A stretch of 64,000 nt of DNA. Source: Callorhinchus milii. Taxonomy: Eukaryota. Positions 51,490 to 63,810 of this stretch are shown piece by piece. Position 1 is the stretch's first letter. Every line of letters starts with the position of its first letter. The stretch lies in contig NW_024704743.1 of assembly GCF_018977255.1 (NCBI RefSeq), forward strand, positions 7,504,001 through 7,568,000. The letters are read 5' to 3'. Position numbers and translations under genes: made by a program. The notes beneath the pieces are model-generated. The model searched no databases, was not told where the DNA came from, and saw only the letters and a program-made list of their open reading frames with translations.

Positions 51490-51660
51490 TCACACACATT
51501 CTCCTCCTCTCACACTCTGCCCCCCTCTCTCTCTCAATCTCTCTTTGCTCTCTCTCCCCCTCTCACAGGCTCTCTCTCTCATGCTCCTCCTTTCTTAGCC
51601 CTCTCTCACACACATAATCTCTCTCCCTCACCCACTCACTCTCTCACACACACACACACT
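51490..51660. repeat. Degenerate (CT)n/(CA)n tract
   Basis: ctctct and cacaca runs. Confidence 0.8.
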
Positions 51661-52547
51661 TTCATCAGAAATGCCTGTTCCTATCTCATTGCCTGAGCAT
51701 GACTTTCAGAGTCTTTTCTAGCAGAGACACACCCACGACTTCTGGGTAATGGGGACTTCTCTCCTACTCTGTCCCCCAGCATGTTCTCCTCTAATACCTC
51801 ATTTATAAAATTCTCATCCCCCTTAATACTTTGATGGGTGGCCAGTCGCTCACTAAGACTGACCGCTTCAGCCTTGAGTCCAACGATCAGTTTGCAGTTG
51901 TTGCAATAATCATTGCATTTGATATATTGCTTTTCACAGCAGGAAGATGTTTGAAAGTGTGTCAAAGGATTCTGGACCTCAAATAGTGCCACTGCATCTT
52001 TAACATCCATCTGAACAGGCTTGTTTTAATGGTTCATCTGAAGGATGGCACCTCAGACAATGGAGCACAACCCAGACTATACTGGAGTATATCACCTGGT
52101 TCAGGTCTTCTGCTTGTCCCTGTCCCCTCTGCTCCACAATTGGCGACCTTGCCTTCAGCCACTATGCCTCGAATCTCTAGAACTCCCTGCTTCAATTCCT
52201 CTGTCTTGCCCCCTCGCAGCTCACTTCAAATTACACCTGAAGACTTTCCTCTTCAACCATGCCTTTGGTCACCTCAGTTCCCTTTCCAGCTCGGTGCCAG
52301 ACCACTCCGCAGTTAAGCACTCCGAGACTCTACCCACATGGTGGGCCCTATATAAATGCAAGTTGTTGTTGATGTTATTGAAGGGTTAGCCTAGAATATG
52401 TGAGTTGAAAGTCAGAGTGCTACTGACTGAGCCAGGCTGACACCTAACATGTAGCCTTAGTCAATCCAGTATCATGATTGTTAAGTTCCTTTGGCCCAGT
52501 TATTAATCTTGAGTTTTTGTATGCCCTTTAGCATCTTCATCTTCACT

Positions 52548-52856
52548 CCCCGGGTAGGGTGAAACCTCAGGCAAGTTTCCTTACTCCACACATCTCTGTT
52601 GACCTAGCAGTAAGTAGGAACCCGGTTGTTAGTCAATTGGTGGATCGCTTTCTGGGGGTAATAATCCCTTCAAAAACAATTTTTAAAAAAATAATTTACT
52701 CACTCAATCCACGACTGTTTGTGGGACACTGTTGTGCGAGATTGGTTGACCCGTTTCGCCCACAAAATATTCAGTCAATTCTGTGAAGGGCTTTGAGACT
52801 TCTCGACGACGTGATAAAGTGATATATCAAATGCAAGGATTATTATTATATTATTA
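52548..52856 (+). mobile_element. tRNA-derived SINE (5' truncated)
   Basis: gaaacctcaggcaagtttccttactccac...tcaaatgcaaggattattatt. Confidence 0.85.
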
Positions 52857-53357
52857 TCAGAATACATAGAACTATTTCTAGCTTCTCCCCTGTGTTATTA
52901 TGCTAGAAGTTGCAGGAATATCTGGGAAATGGCGTCATGCACATTACAAATACAGAAGTCATTTCCTCCCTTGATAGAGCTGGGCTATAATAAATTACAA
53001 GGTACTGTAACCTTTTTTAACACCTGTCTTACTAGGTCATGTGTAGATTTTGGCTTTGCTTCCACAAATAGTTCAGGGCTCCCATTACATTGCACAGTGG
53101 GATACTCATGGCAGTTATGGCACCTAAACGTAAATAAGGTATCACTGCAATAAGTTAGCAACCTGGCCTTTCACCACCTGGCCCCGATGGTGAAAGCAAC
53201 CCCAACTAATGGGATAGAAATCTGTGCTGTCTGTTCCGTCTGATGTGAAATCATTTTTGGCGATTCTCAACACTGCCCTTCAAACTGCACTTAAATGTCA
53301 GTTGCACTCTTGCCTCTGAGTAAGAAGGTTGTGGGTTCAAGCTCCATGTTGGGACTT

Positions 53358-54555
53358 TTTCTCGACGAATGGCTTCTCCTCCACCCCCCGTACTGTCTCA
53401 TGTGGTGTCCCTCAGGGCTCTGTCCTCAGTCCCCTCCTCTTCACCCTCTATATGCTCCCCCTCGGTGACATCATCCGCAGACATGGAGTTAACTTCCACA
53501 TGTATGCGGATGACACCCAACTCTACCTTTCCTCCTCTACTCTCAACTCCACGACCACCGATGTCCTGACAGCTGCCTGTCCGACATCGAATCCTGGACG
53601 AGAGACAACTTTCTTCAGCTCAACGTGCGAAAAACCGAGGCCCTCCTGATTGGTTCACGTCAGTGCCTCCGCACTTCAGGCGCTGACACCATCAGCATCC
53701 AAGGCTGCACTCTCCACCTCTCAAAGCCAGTCAGGAACCTCGGCGTTTTGTTCGACCCTGAGCTGTCCTTTCTCCCTCACATCCGCACCACAACTGGCAC
53801 CGCCTTCCATCACCTTCGGAACATCGCCAGACTACGGCATTACCTCACCCCTCACGCTGCTGAAACCCTGGTCCACGCCTTTGTCACCTCAAGGCTGGAC
53901 TATGGGAACTCTCTCCTCGCCGGCCTTCCCGGCACCTCCCTCCACAAGCTGCAGGTCATTCAGAACTCTGCAGCTCGTGTACTGTCCCGCACCAGGCTTC
54001 GGGACCACATCACTCCCACCCTCGCTCGCCTCCACTGGCTCCCCATCCCCCAGAGGATTGATTTCAAGATCCTCATCCTCACCTACAAGGCCATTCACGG
54101 CCTTGCTCCCTCCTACCTCTCCAACCTACTATCCCCCTACCTACCTGCCCGTACCCTCCGTTCCTCTGGCTCTGGTCTGCTCCACGTCCCCCGCCCCAAC
54201 TGCCCTACCATCGGTGGTCGGGCCTTCAGCCTCTCAGTCCCCAGGCTCTGGAACTCCATCCCCCAGTGCCTTCGCCTTGCTTCCTCCCTTTCCTCCTTCA
54301 AGGCCGGTCTCAAAACCTTTCTCTTTGACCGTGCCTTCAGCTCCCCTCTCGACTCTCTTCCCCCTCCTCGCTCCCTCCCTTCCCTCCCCTCACCCTGACC
54401 ATTTCCCCCCTCCTTGCTCCCTCCCTTCCCTCCCCTCACCCTGACCATTTCCCCCCTGCTCGGGTCATGACCCAACTGTGCAGCGCCTTGGGACGTCCTC
54501 CTGACGTGAAAGGCGCTTTATAAATGGAATCTTGTTGTTGTTGTTGTTGTTGTTG
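53358..54555 (+). mobile_element. Young L2 LINE 3' fragment (best-preserved copy)
   Basis: [24 protein letters not shown], then a 257-aa frame ...SRLDYGNSLL...LHWLPIPQRIDFKIL...GRAFS...FKAGLKTFLF. Intact stem-loop and (TTG)n tail. A tandem duplication of about 44 bp lies at about 54367-54457. Confidence 0.93.
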
Positions 54556-54574
54556 AAGTAACAGTCTAGGCTGT

Positions 54575-55415
54575 TTGGCTCTTACTCATACTCTTTGGCT
54601 CTCATCATACTCTTTGGCGCTTGTCAATGTCTAAAATTTCACGGCTCTCACCTTCTCCACCTACCCGACCTCCCCCTAAAACTCTCCAAACCCGTACGCA
54701 ACTGAGGCGTCAGGTTCGACCCCCAATTATCCTTCCTCCCTCACATCCGATCCCTCACCAGCACCGCCTTCTACCACCTGTGACGCATTGCCCGTCTCCA
54801 CCAATATCTCTCCCCAAAAGCCGCTGAAACTCTGGTCCATGCCTTTGTCCCCTCTCGGCTGGACTACTCCAATGCCCTCCTCGCCGATCTCCCATCCACT
54901 ACCATCCGTAAAATCCAAATCATTCAAAACTCTGCCGTCCGCATTCCCACCCGCACAAAACTCCGCTCCCCTATCGCCCCAATCCTTGCCAGACTGCACT
55001 GGCTGTCTGTCCCAGAGAGGATCGATTTCAAGATCCTCACCCTTATATTCAAGTCCCTGCACTCCTCTGCACTCCCCTACCTTTCTGACCTCTCTTCTCA
55101 AAACAGTACCCATTGCCTTCGTTCCTCCGTGTCTGGTCTCCTCCTCGTCCCCCAAGTCTTCCGCTCCAACCTCGGCGGCCATGCCTTCAGCCACTATGCC
55201 CCGAAGCTCTGGAACTGCCCTCCTCACTCCCTTCGTCTCGCTCCCTCCTTTCCCATTTTCAAGCCCTCTGCTGAAGACCTTTCTTTTATACCGCGCCTTT
55301 GGTCACTTTCCTCCCCTCCCCCCTGGCTCGGCCCCGGGATCCGTTACTGTGAAGCACTCTAAGACGCCATCTGGCGTGGAGGGTGCTATATAAATCCAAG
55401 TTGTTGTTGTTGTTG
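54575..55415 (+). mobile_element. L2 LINE 3' fragment of a second subfamily
   Basis: Frameshifted RT C-terminus and a different tail (gaagcactctaagacgcc...gggtgctatataaatccaag(ttg)n). Flanked by a taggctg duplication (54567-54573 and 55416-55422). Confidence 0.88.
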
Positions 55416-57938
55416 TAGGCTGATAGTCTAATACAGTGCTGTTGGTGTTACCACATTGCTGGGTGTGCGCTATATGTGGGAGATGCTGTCCTTCAGGTGA
55501 GATAGAGTCGAGGTATAGATCAGTGATGATCTAATAGAATGTCGGAACAGGCTCGAGGGGCTAAACGGCCTCCTCTGTTCCTATGTTCCTACATGTTAAA
55601 CCAAGCTCCCGTCTGCCTGTTCAGTTGGACAGTAAAGACTTATGATACTATTCAAAAAGAGAAGGGAGTTTCTCCTGGTACCTTGGCCAGCAATCTCTCA
55701 GACAAAATTTGTCATTCACTTCATAGCTGTTTGTGGGAATTTGTCGTGCACCATTTGGATGTTGCATTTGCCTGTAAATATGCAGTCACTGCACCTCACA
55801 ATAAAATCCAGTCAAACACTTTGAAATGACTCAATGACATGATAAGGTACTGTAGTAAATGAAAGGATTATTATTATTATAACTCATGGTTGCCACGATC
55901 GCCTACAAAATACACAGTCACTACACTACAGTACAATAAATGCTGTTAAGTGCTTTGAGAGGTCCTCCTGACTAGAAAAGTGCTAAGGTTTAGTATTTAC
56001 TGAATTATTACTTTTAAAAATCTGCCAAGATCTGATAAACTGGTAGAAGATGCTTATGGGCCGAACAACCTCTTTCTATTTCTGTTCCTATTCTATTATG
56101 TTTCTAAAATCCAAAGACTGAAGATTGACATTGTTGATGGTCTTAGATGTAATCAGGGTAAACTACAGGTTGGAAAAAACATGGAAACTAGTTATCAATC
56201 ACACTAAGACTCATCCATAGCAATTCATTTAGTTTTGGGACTGACAATAGATTGTCTTTATGGATAAACAGTCTCTATTACACATGAAATGAAATCTACT
56301 GTTGGGTTTGATATTAGGTGATCATCGTAGACAGATCCTTTCCCACAGGTCAATTAGTCCAGTCTGCTCCCAGTTGCATTGAAATACGTCACTCATTCAG
56401 AATCACTCTATAATGTTTCAGAAGACACTCAGCATTCAGAATCAGTTTTATCTTTTGTTCAGTGCATGGAGGTTCAGAGCCCAAAGAATAGGAATCTATC
56501 CCTCAATGTGTATATTGAAAACTTACAATTATTTACAGGACAAAGTTAATGGCGTGCCTACAAATGCACATTCAATATATTTTACAGTAAATCTGTGTTT
56601 TGAGACATGTCAATGTTGTGATACAGTATCAAATGCGAGGAATATTATCATTATTAATATGTTTACTGTTAAAGAACATAACTAACTTTTAAGATATTTA
56701 ATAACCTGGTCAGAATAACCAGCTTCAGTTAATTTCCTAAAGATTAATGTGAGCCATAATATCCAGGCTTTACATGAGTAAACTGGACTATTGAGCTGAA
56801 GGGTCCTATTTCTCTGTCCAACACAGCTTAAGTACTGGTAACACAGGCTTTATGTTGGTAATGTCATTACCATTTACGTCTGGTGTTACATCAAACTGAT
56901 TCCATTTCCAAGACTCTTTGCTTGCAACTTTAGTCAACATTTATTGAATTGATGAACAATAAGAGGTCAGAGACAAAACTGCATATCCAGCTGAATTATG
57001 TTCAGAACGTGCCCCATGAACAGTTACAGTGACCCAAACAGCATTAATCCTCAGAGGTCCTGTATGTCTATAGATTCCTGTCTCTGAGTGCAAATCAAAT
57101 CTGCATGTGTTTGGCTCAAGCATTGCAGTGCTGACAAAAGCTTCCAACAAACAATTCCTTTGTAACATGTAGATCCAGCTCAGGTATACAGAGCATGAAA
57201 CTACATTAGAAATACATTTCAACACCATTAATTGAGCTGCACATCATAGCTTCTCCCAATAGTGTAATCATTTAAGGCACCACAACAAGTTACATGTATA
57301 TGGTGGCTTTCCAAGTGCATCACACACCTAATGGGAGCCTGATCTTGAGGGGGGAACTAGCTGAGGAGGGTGGGGGGCATGATGGGCGCGGAGATGAGTG
57401 AAAGCACAATTGAAAGATAGGTCGTTAGGCAGGATCTAAAAGTAAGGATGGATGGGGGTGAGACGGAGGAACTCCAGGATGAAATTCCAGACAAAGTGTG
57501 AGGAAAATGGTTGAAGGCTTGGTCGCTGATGGATGGGGTGGATCAGGCAGGGGACATGAAGTAACTGCTGTTAACTGAGTGGCCAGGGCACTAGGATTCC
57601 AGGAGGTCACACAGGTAGGTCCCCTGTTAACTCCCTCCACTCTGCCAACTCTGGCCTGCTCCATGTCCCCCGCTAGCTCTGCCCCACTATTGGTACGTGA
57701 GGCTTCACCTTGCCCCTGATCTCTGGAACTCTCTCCCTAAATCCCTCCACCTTGCATCTTGTCTCTTTACTTTGAAACCCCTTCTAAATACCTTCCTCTT
57801 TTACTGGGCCTTTTGTTATCTCCCTCTTACTCCTTATTTTCCACCCTGCATGACTCCCACTCTATCTCTGTGAAGGTCATTCAGATGTTTAGCTACATGA
57901 AAAGTACTATATAAATATAGATTACTGTTGCTTCTATA

Positions 57939-58258
57939 CAGGGTGTCCACAAAGTCATGCTTTTTTCTACAGTGCACTGAAACATGTGAAAGAATGATGA
58001 TAATTGTATTTAGAAGTACTTAATTGTATTCAGTTCAAATGCTTAACTGTACTGAGACATCCAGACGTCCAGAGGATTAGTGTGAGCGCTAGCATTTTCA
58101 TGACGGATCATGATCCATCACCATGTTCAGTGCAATATCTTCCATAACAATGATGGAGTGACGAGGCAAAATGTATCTTTGTCAGCTTGCTTCAGCTCCT
58201 CCGTAGTCTCATATCACTATTTTGTAACAGAGGGTAAGAGGTCTTTGTGGACACCCTC
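57939..58258. mobile_element. Tc1/mariner MITE (320 bp)
   Basis: TIRs cagggtgtccacaaagtc / rc gagggtgtccacaaagac, flanked by TA at 57937-57938 and 58259-58260. Confidence 0.82.
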
Positions 58259-59174
58259 TAGCTTAGAGAAGGGGAGACCAGACAGCATTCATCAACCAGA
58301 GACTCTTGTTGGAAGATGCAAGTGTTAGGGTGTTGGGTGAGGATGGGATTAGGGAACAATCAAACAGCTCACAAGCTCACTTGAGTGAAGGAGCAGAGAG
58401 TGACTTCCCTCCCCCCACCCCCACTACCACCACCACCTCTCCAAGAATCCAAACCAGGTAGAAATAATAAAAAGAGCTTAAAAAATGCCTTCAAGAGAGA
58501 AAATGAGAGGAAAAACTAATGAGAAATAAAGAAAACTTCATAAGATCACAGGATTGGTACGGATGAAGAAGGCTCTTCAGCCCATCCAATCTCATCCCTC
58601 CAGAATACTCACCCTACCATCCTCATTCACAGAGTGATAAAATGATATGCGTTGCCCTGCATTAAATTTCCACATGAAAACCAAGCTTTGCAAGCACCTG
58701 GCCAGTAGAGTGCTCACTAAATACTAAACCCAGGAAACATTAGCTCACAACCTCCTGAATTCTGCAAACAAATATACTTAACTTTGCATATGTGGTGTTG
58801 CCTTGGCACTTCCCGGAACAGAAATGTCCTAACACGTGTTTCTGGTAGGTTGTACAGTGTGTGTTGGATTGAATGTTACGGTCCGGCTAGATCTCTTTCT
58901 ACCCTACTCATCCACCCGCCCTCCCTTTCCACTCAGTTACCTTGGGCTTCCTGCTTGTCCCAAACCCTGGCTCTGCTCTCCACACTATCTGTGGCCTAGC
59001 CTTCAGTTCCTATGTCTCTACCCTCTGGAACTTCTTCCCTCTACCACTCCATCTTGCCTTCCTCTCTTTCTGTCTTTAAATCCTGCCTTTTCGAACATGG
59101 CTTTACAGTTCATGTACATTTTCTACACAGGCACACAGTTTGTGAATGTGACAATGGTAAAATTTCTGAAACAA

Positions 59175-59550
59175 TGTCAGTTTGGTTCAGTTGGTAGTCT
59201 CTCAATGCAGTAGATTGTGGGCTCGAGCCCCAAGTCAGCACTTTGAACTCTTTGAAGTCTAGGCTGACACTCCAAAAGAGTGCTGCATTGTTGGAGCAAG
59301 TGGACTTTAAAGACCCCATGTCAATATTCAAAAAGAGAGAGAATTTCTTCTGGTGTCCTGGCCCAACAATCCCCCAGATAAAATTGTTCATTCACTTCAT
59401 GACTGTTTGTGGGACATTTCTGCGTGCAAACTGGTTGCTGAGTTCGCCAACAAATATACAGTCAGTGCACTTTCAAGTAAAATCTTCTGAAGAGCTTTGA
59501 GATATTCTTCCAACATGAAAGGCGCTATATCAAATGCACGAAATATTATT
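59175..59550 (+). mobile_element. Deu-domain SINE
   Basis: gtcagtttggttcagttggtag head, aaagaccccatg...ttctggtgtcctggcccaac core, L2-type tail. Confidence 0.8.
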
Positions 59551-60779
59551 TTTTTATAAGGGTACAGCCAGACAGTCTTTTGAACCATTGAATGAGCGAA
59601 TAGTTCAAATCTTCTATACATCGTTCCGCTCTTTAAAATTAAAGGCACCTCTAAATTATAAAAGGTTGCAGCATAAAAGTATGGAATGGCAGACCAGTTG
59701 ATCTCGAAGCTCCGTAGAATGGATTCCTTTGTTTTCTTAAAGGTACAAAGCCCCCAGAACCCCTAAGAGAACCGTTTAAGTTTCACTGCAGGAGAACCAC
59801 TAAATCATTTAAACCAGAGCTTCATCCACTAACCTAAGTGGTTCCTCCATGTCGGAGAGCAAGCAGCCTTGTGGGACTACTGTTAAGAGTTTCCATGAGA
59901 GCAACAGGAGAGAGTGAAACCTCTGTACCCACCTAGGACTGAAAGTCCGAGTCATTCACAGACAAATAAGCACCAGAGGTCTCAAACTCAAATAGTCTTA
60001 ACCTCAAGACATTGCCTTAAAATTTAGAGTTGCATGGAACTTTGGAAAACTGTTTTAAATTCAGCAACAATAACAACAAATTACACTTACTTTCATGTCA
60101 GAAAGACATCCCAAGGTCCTGAGATTCAGTCTTAGTTTGGAAAGCGGTTTTATGCAGTTCTAAAAAATAACCAGATAAACTGGCTTCTAAATCAGGTCTA
60201 AATCGAATTTCTGCACAATGTTATATTTTAAGACAATTATCTTAAGGCTGAGACGAGGTGACATTTCACCCACCGGAGTGTCGTGAATCACGAAGCACCT
60301 CTTGGATGCACTTGGCGTGATGGCTAGCAAAGATCACCTGGCTTTAGTCTCTAGCTCTACAAATACATCATGCAAACAGCAACAACAAATTGCACTTATA
60401 TAGCAACTTTCATGTTGGGGTATGTTGGTGCTCCGAGAAACGCCAGGAAGGACAATGCTTTAGCTTTAACTAGTGCAAAGGGAAAATGTGAGCAGCAAAA
60501 TCAAGTGGCCTTCCACAGGCAGAGTGACAAGAATGTCAGATAGTCAGTGCCAGGTGACACAGATTCTCCTTTGGGGGGGGTAAGAAGGGTCTCCTTGGGA
60601 CAGAATTTGCTGCAATGTGACATGCTAGGCAACAGAATGTCAGAATCGAGTCAATCTTCTGGGCACTGCTGATCAAAGACCAGCCAGCTTGGCTCATTGG
60701 TAGGACTTGGAAGGGCAAACCAGTCACTGGGATTCTTCCTTCTCAGCTCCTTTTAACCCTGAGAGCCAAAGCCCTAATT

Positions 60780-61185
60780 GGGTTGGGTGATACTAGCTGG
60801 ACAAGCAGCAGGAATCTTTGCCAGACAGTGACATCAATGGCAGCTGCGGTTTTAGCTGGTTAGACTCCAGGAGTACCCCAACGTTCACTCTGGGGATCCC
60901 AAACCTTGGCTTTCGCCAACCTGCACCAAATACTCACCTGAATTAGGTAAACAGGGTGCATCCCTCCAGGGTATGCAATGCATTCCAGACACAGGGAAAT
61001 TTCCATGTGTAGTTACCATACATACACAGTCAATTCACTTTACAGTATATTCTCTGAAGTGCTTTGAGACATCTAGAAGACGTGATAAGGTGCTATATAA
61101 ATGCATTGATTATTATTATATGTGGAATTCTCAGTCTGATTTGGATACTCTTAAGCATGGTGATGGTGTGTCAGACACCTGACTA
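60780..61185 (+). repeat. Unidentified dispersed repeat (longest copy), split by a SINE tail insertion
   Basis: ctagctggacaagcagcagg...ttttagctggttagactcc...ggaattctcagtctgatttggatactcttaagcatggtgatgg. Homologous copies at 5352-5420 (-), 30965-31150 (-), 32243-32460, 37308-37585 and 42215-42295. Confidence 0.75.
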
Positions 61186-61631
61186 AACACAACAAAGGAA
61201 GCTGTTTTCAACCGGTGCCATTTTTCCATTTCAACTGTTGTTTACAATGAAGTTGTTCAAACAATTTCTTCCCCTTAGCATCCTATGACTGGTCGCCAAT
61301 ACTATTCAGATAAATTCATAGACAAGAAAGTAATTTTTTTATTGACATGAGTAAAACTTATAAATATCAGTCAGTCACGCAAAGTGATTTCCATGAAATT
61401 AATGCTTTGCTTTCATAGAACTAAATGTAACATTGATTTAGAAAACTTGGCATTCAGCAGACAGGCGGTTTCCTTGAGGTTAAAGGTTGATGTATTTTAC
61501 CACTTACTAGGAAGAACAATTACTAAATCAAAAGACATTGATTTTCATATCAAAACGTGCTTGATCTTAAATTATACTGGGAAAAACCCACAACAGTTAG
61601 TCAGACAAACCCGAACTGTTAGGTGTTTAGG

Positions 61632-62055
61632 AGTCAGCCTGGTTCAGTTGGTAGCACACTCTCTCGCCTCTAAATCAGAAGATTGTGGCTTCAAGCCCCA
61701 CGTCAGGACTTTGAACTCACAAGTCTGGGCTGACATTCCAATGCAGTGCTAGAGCTGTGCTGTATTGCCAGAGGTGCCATCCTCCAGATGAAACATTAAA
61801 CCAAGGTCCCTTCTGCCTGTTCAGGCGGACGCTAAAGATCACATGGCACTATTTGAAAGGAGAAGGCAGTTTCTCACTGTGTCCTGGAAAAATCCCCCAG
61901 ATTAAATTGGTCATTCACTTCACATCTGTTTTAGCAGTGCCCAAACTAACTACTTACAAAATAGATAGTCACTACACTTTACAATATATACTATGAAGCG
62001 CTTCAAGACTTTCTCCCAATGTCAAAGGGGCCATATCAAATGTAAGGATTATTAT
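61632..62055 (+). mobile_element. Deu-domain SINE, full length
   Basis: gtcagcctggttcagttggtagc head, Deu core and aaggattattat tail. Confidence 0.85.
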
Positions 62056-62989
62056 AACTGTTTATTTTCATTTTTTTTAAAAAAGGAATTGCATCTGTTT
62101 ATGTAGAATTTTAGTCTGGCAAACTTGAATTCAATCTTAAAGTTATTTTTCTGTAGCTCTTAAGAAACTTACAGAAAAGTGGCTTCAGAAAATTAACAAA
62201 TCAGTCCTTCAACATACTTATATATCCTGTGACTTGCTTTGAGATGTCGTCCTGAAGTGAAATGTAATATGTAAAGATTATTATTATGATTATTATTATT
62301 TTGTTGCACAAAAATTTACCCCGTCTACTTTGCTGAGACTCTTTCCCTCCCTTTAAGCATTCCAAACTTTGGTATAAAAAATAGCTTCAGATTTTGATAC
62401 GTTTGTCTAAGTGGTTTTAAAATCTGTGCAGGGGAGTCAAACACTCAAGACCACTGCAGCACAGAAAGATAAAATGTGTGGTGTGCGCTTTCATGAAAGA
62501 CCAATAAATATCACTCATATTGGGAGTGGAATAATGGTGGGATTGTGTTACGAGGCTGTAACATGCCTGAGCGATCTTTAGGACATAAATCATGAGAGTG
62601 AGGTTCAAACAGTTGTTAGAACACCAGACCTCAGCGCACTGCCAGCAATCAATTACAATGAACATTTTTTCTTAAGTTACTTTGTACAACATGACTCCCT
62701 TCATCAGATCCTCTACCCCATACGCTATTCTCAAGATGGGAGAGCAAGACCACAGGCAACCTTCAGGCTTCTGTCAATGCTGCTGTGTAAGCAGCCACTG
62801 ATCATTCTTCCTTCAAACTATAGCAATAGTAATAATAGCACCTTAACACATAATCAAAACATCTCAAAGAGCTTCACAGGATTTATTATAAAGTGTTTTA
62901 CAGTAAAGCCTCTCATTCTTTGGGGCTGCTTTGCTTCCACTTTGAGTCCTCCCGTGATGTGAAGGCCATCAAATTCACAAATAATAATA

Positions 62990-63426
62990 GTACTAATAAT
63001 AATCCTTGCATTTGATATAGCGCTTTATCACATCTTCGAGGCGTTTCAAAGCCTTCACAGAATAATAATAATAATAATCCTTGCATTTGATATAGCGCTT
63101 TTCACGTCGGAAGGACGTCCCAAAGTGCTTCACAGAACACACTGTAAAGTGAATTGACTGTATATTTGTGAGCGAACACGACAGCCAATTGCTCCCAGCA
63201 GTGTCCCACAAACAATCGTAGATTAAGTAACCAATATATTTTTAAAATTACTTTGAAGAGATTATTATCTTGGAAAAGCAAGAATCGATTCCTACTTACT
63301 GCTAGGTGAACAGATGGGTGTGGAGTAAGGAAACTTGCCCAAGTTTCACCCTGCCCGGGAATTGAACCCGCGTCCTCTACGCTTGCGAGGCGATTATTTT
63401 AACCACTGAGCTACAGGACTCCACGC
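62990..63426 (-). mobile_element. tRNA-derived SINE with two tandem tails
   Basis: Head rc gcgtggagtcctgtagctcagtggtt at about 63400-63426, with tails at about 63062-63135 and 62994-63060. Confidence 0.88.
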
Positions 63427-63479
63427 TCCACTGGCTGGGTGTAATGCTGGAATATCTGCTACTGTGCTGGCTTTCATAT

Positions 63480-63810
63480 GGAGTCCTGTAGCTCAGTGGT
63501 TAGAGCACTCGCCTTGCAAACGAGAGGCCTGGGTTCGATTCCCGGCAGGGCGAAACCTTGGGCAAGTTTCCTTACTCTACAAGCCTGGTAATAATCCCTC
63601 AAGAAAAAACCCAATAACAATTTGGTCACTCAATCCACAACTGTTTGTGGGACACTGCTGTGCACAATTGGCTGCCGTGTTTCGCCCACAAATGTACAGT
63701 CAATTCACTTTACAGTATAATCTGTGAAGCGTTTTGAGACATCTAGAAGACCTGAAAAACGCTAAATCAAATGCAAGGATTATTAATATTATTATTACTA
63801 TTACTATTAT
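63480..63810 (+). mobile_element. tRNA-derived SINE, head-to-head with the previous copy
   Basis: ggagtcctgtagctcagtggttagagcactcgccttgcaaacgagaggcctgggttcgattccc ... aaggattatt tail. Confidence 0.9.

Noticed and set aside
53329..54444. RT-like ORFs as an active or domesticated gene
   Set aside because: 5'-truncated, frameshifted L2 copy with a normal element tail.
59630..59890. Possible CACTA-like MITE with ggttc/gaacc subrepeats (similar hints at about 43955-44020 and 34740-34785)
   Set aside because: Termini are too decayed to define a TIR or TSD.
63480..63552. Apparent tRNA gene (also about 9625, 19166, 23821 and 63350-63426)
   Set aside because: These are SINE heads: each continues into the same SINE body and L2-like tail, with no clean acceptor stem or terminator.
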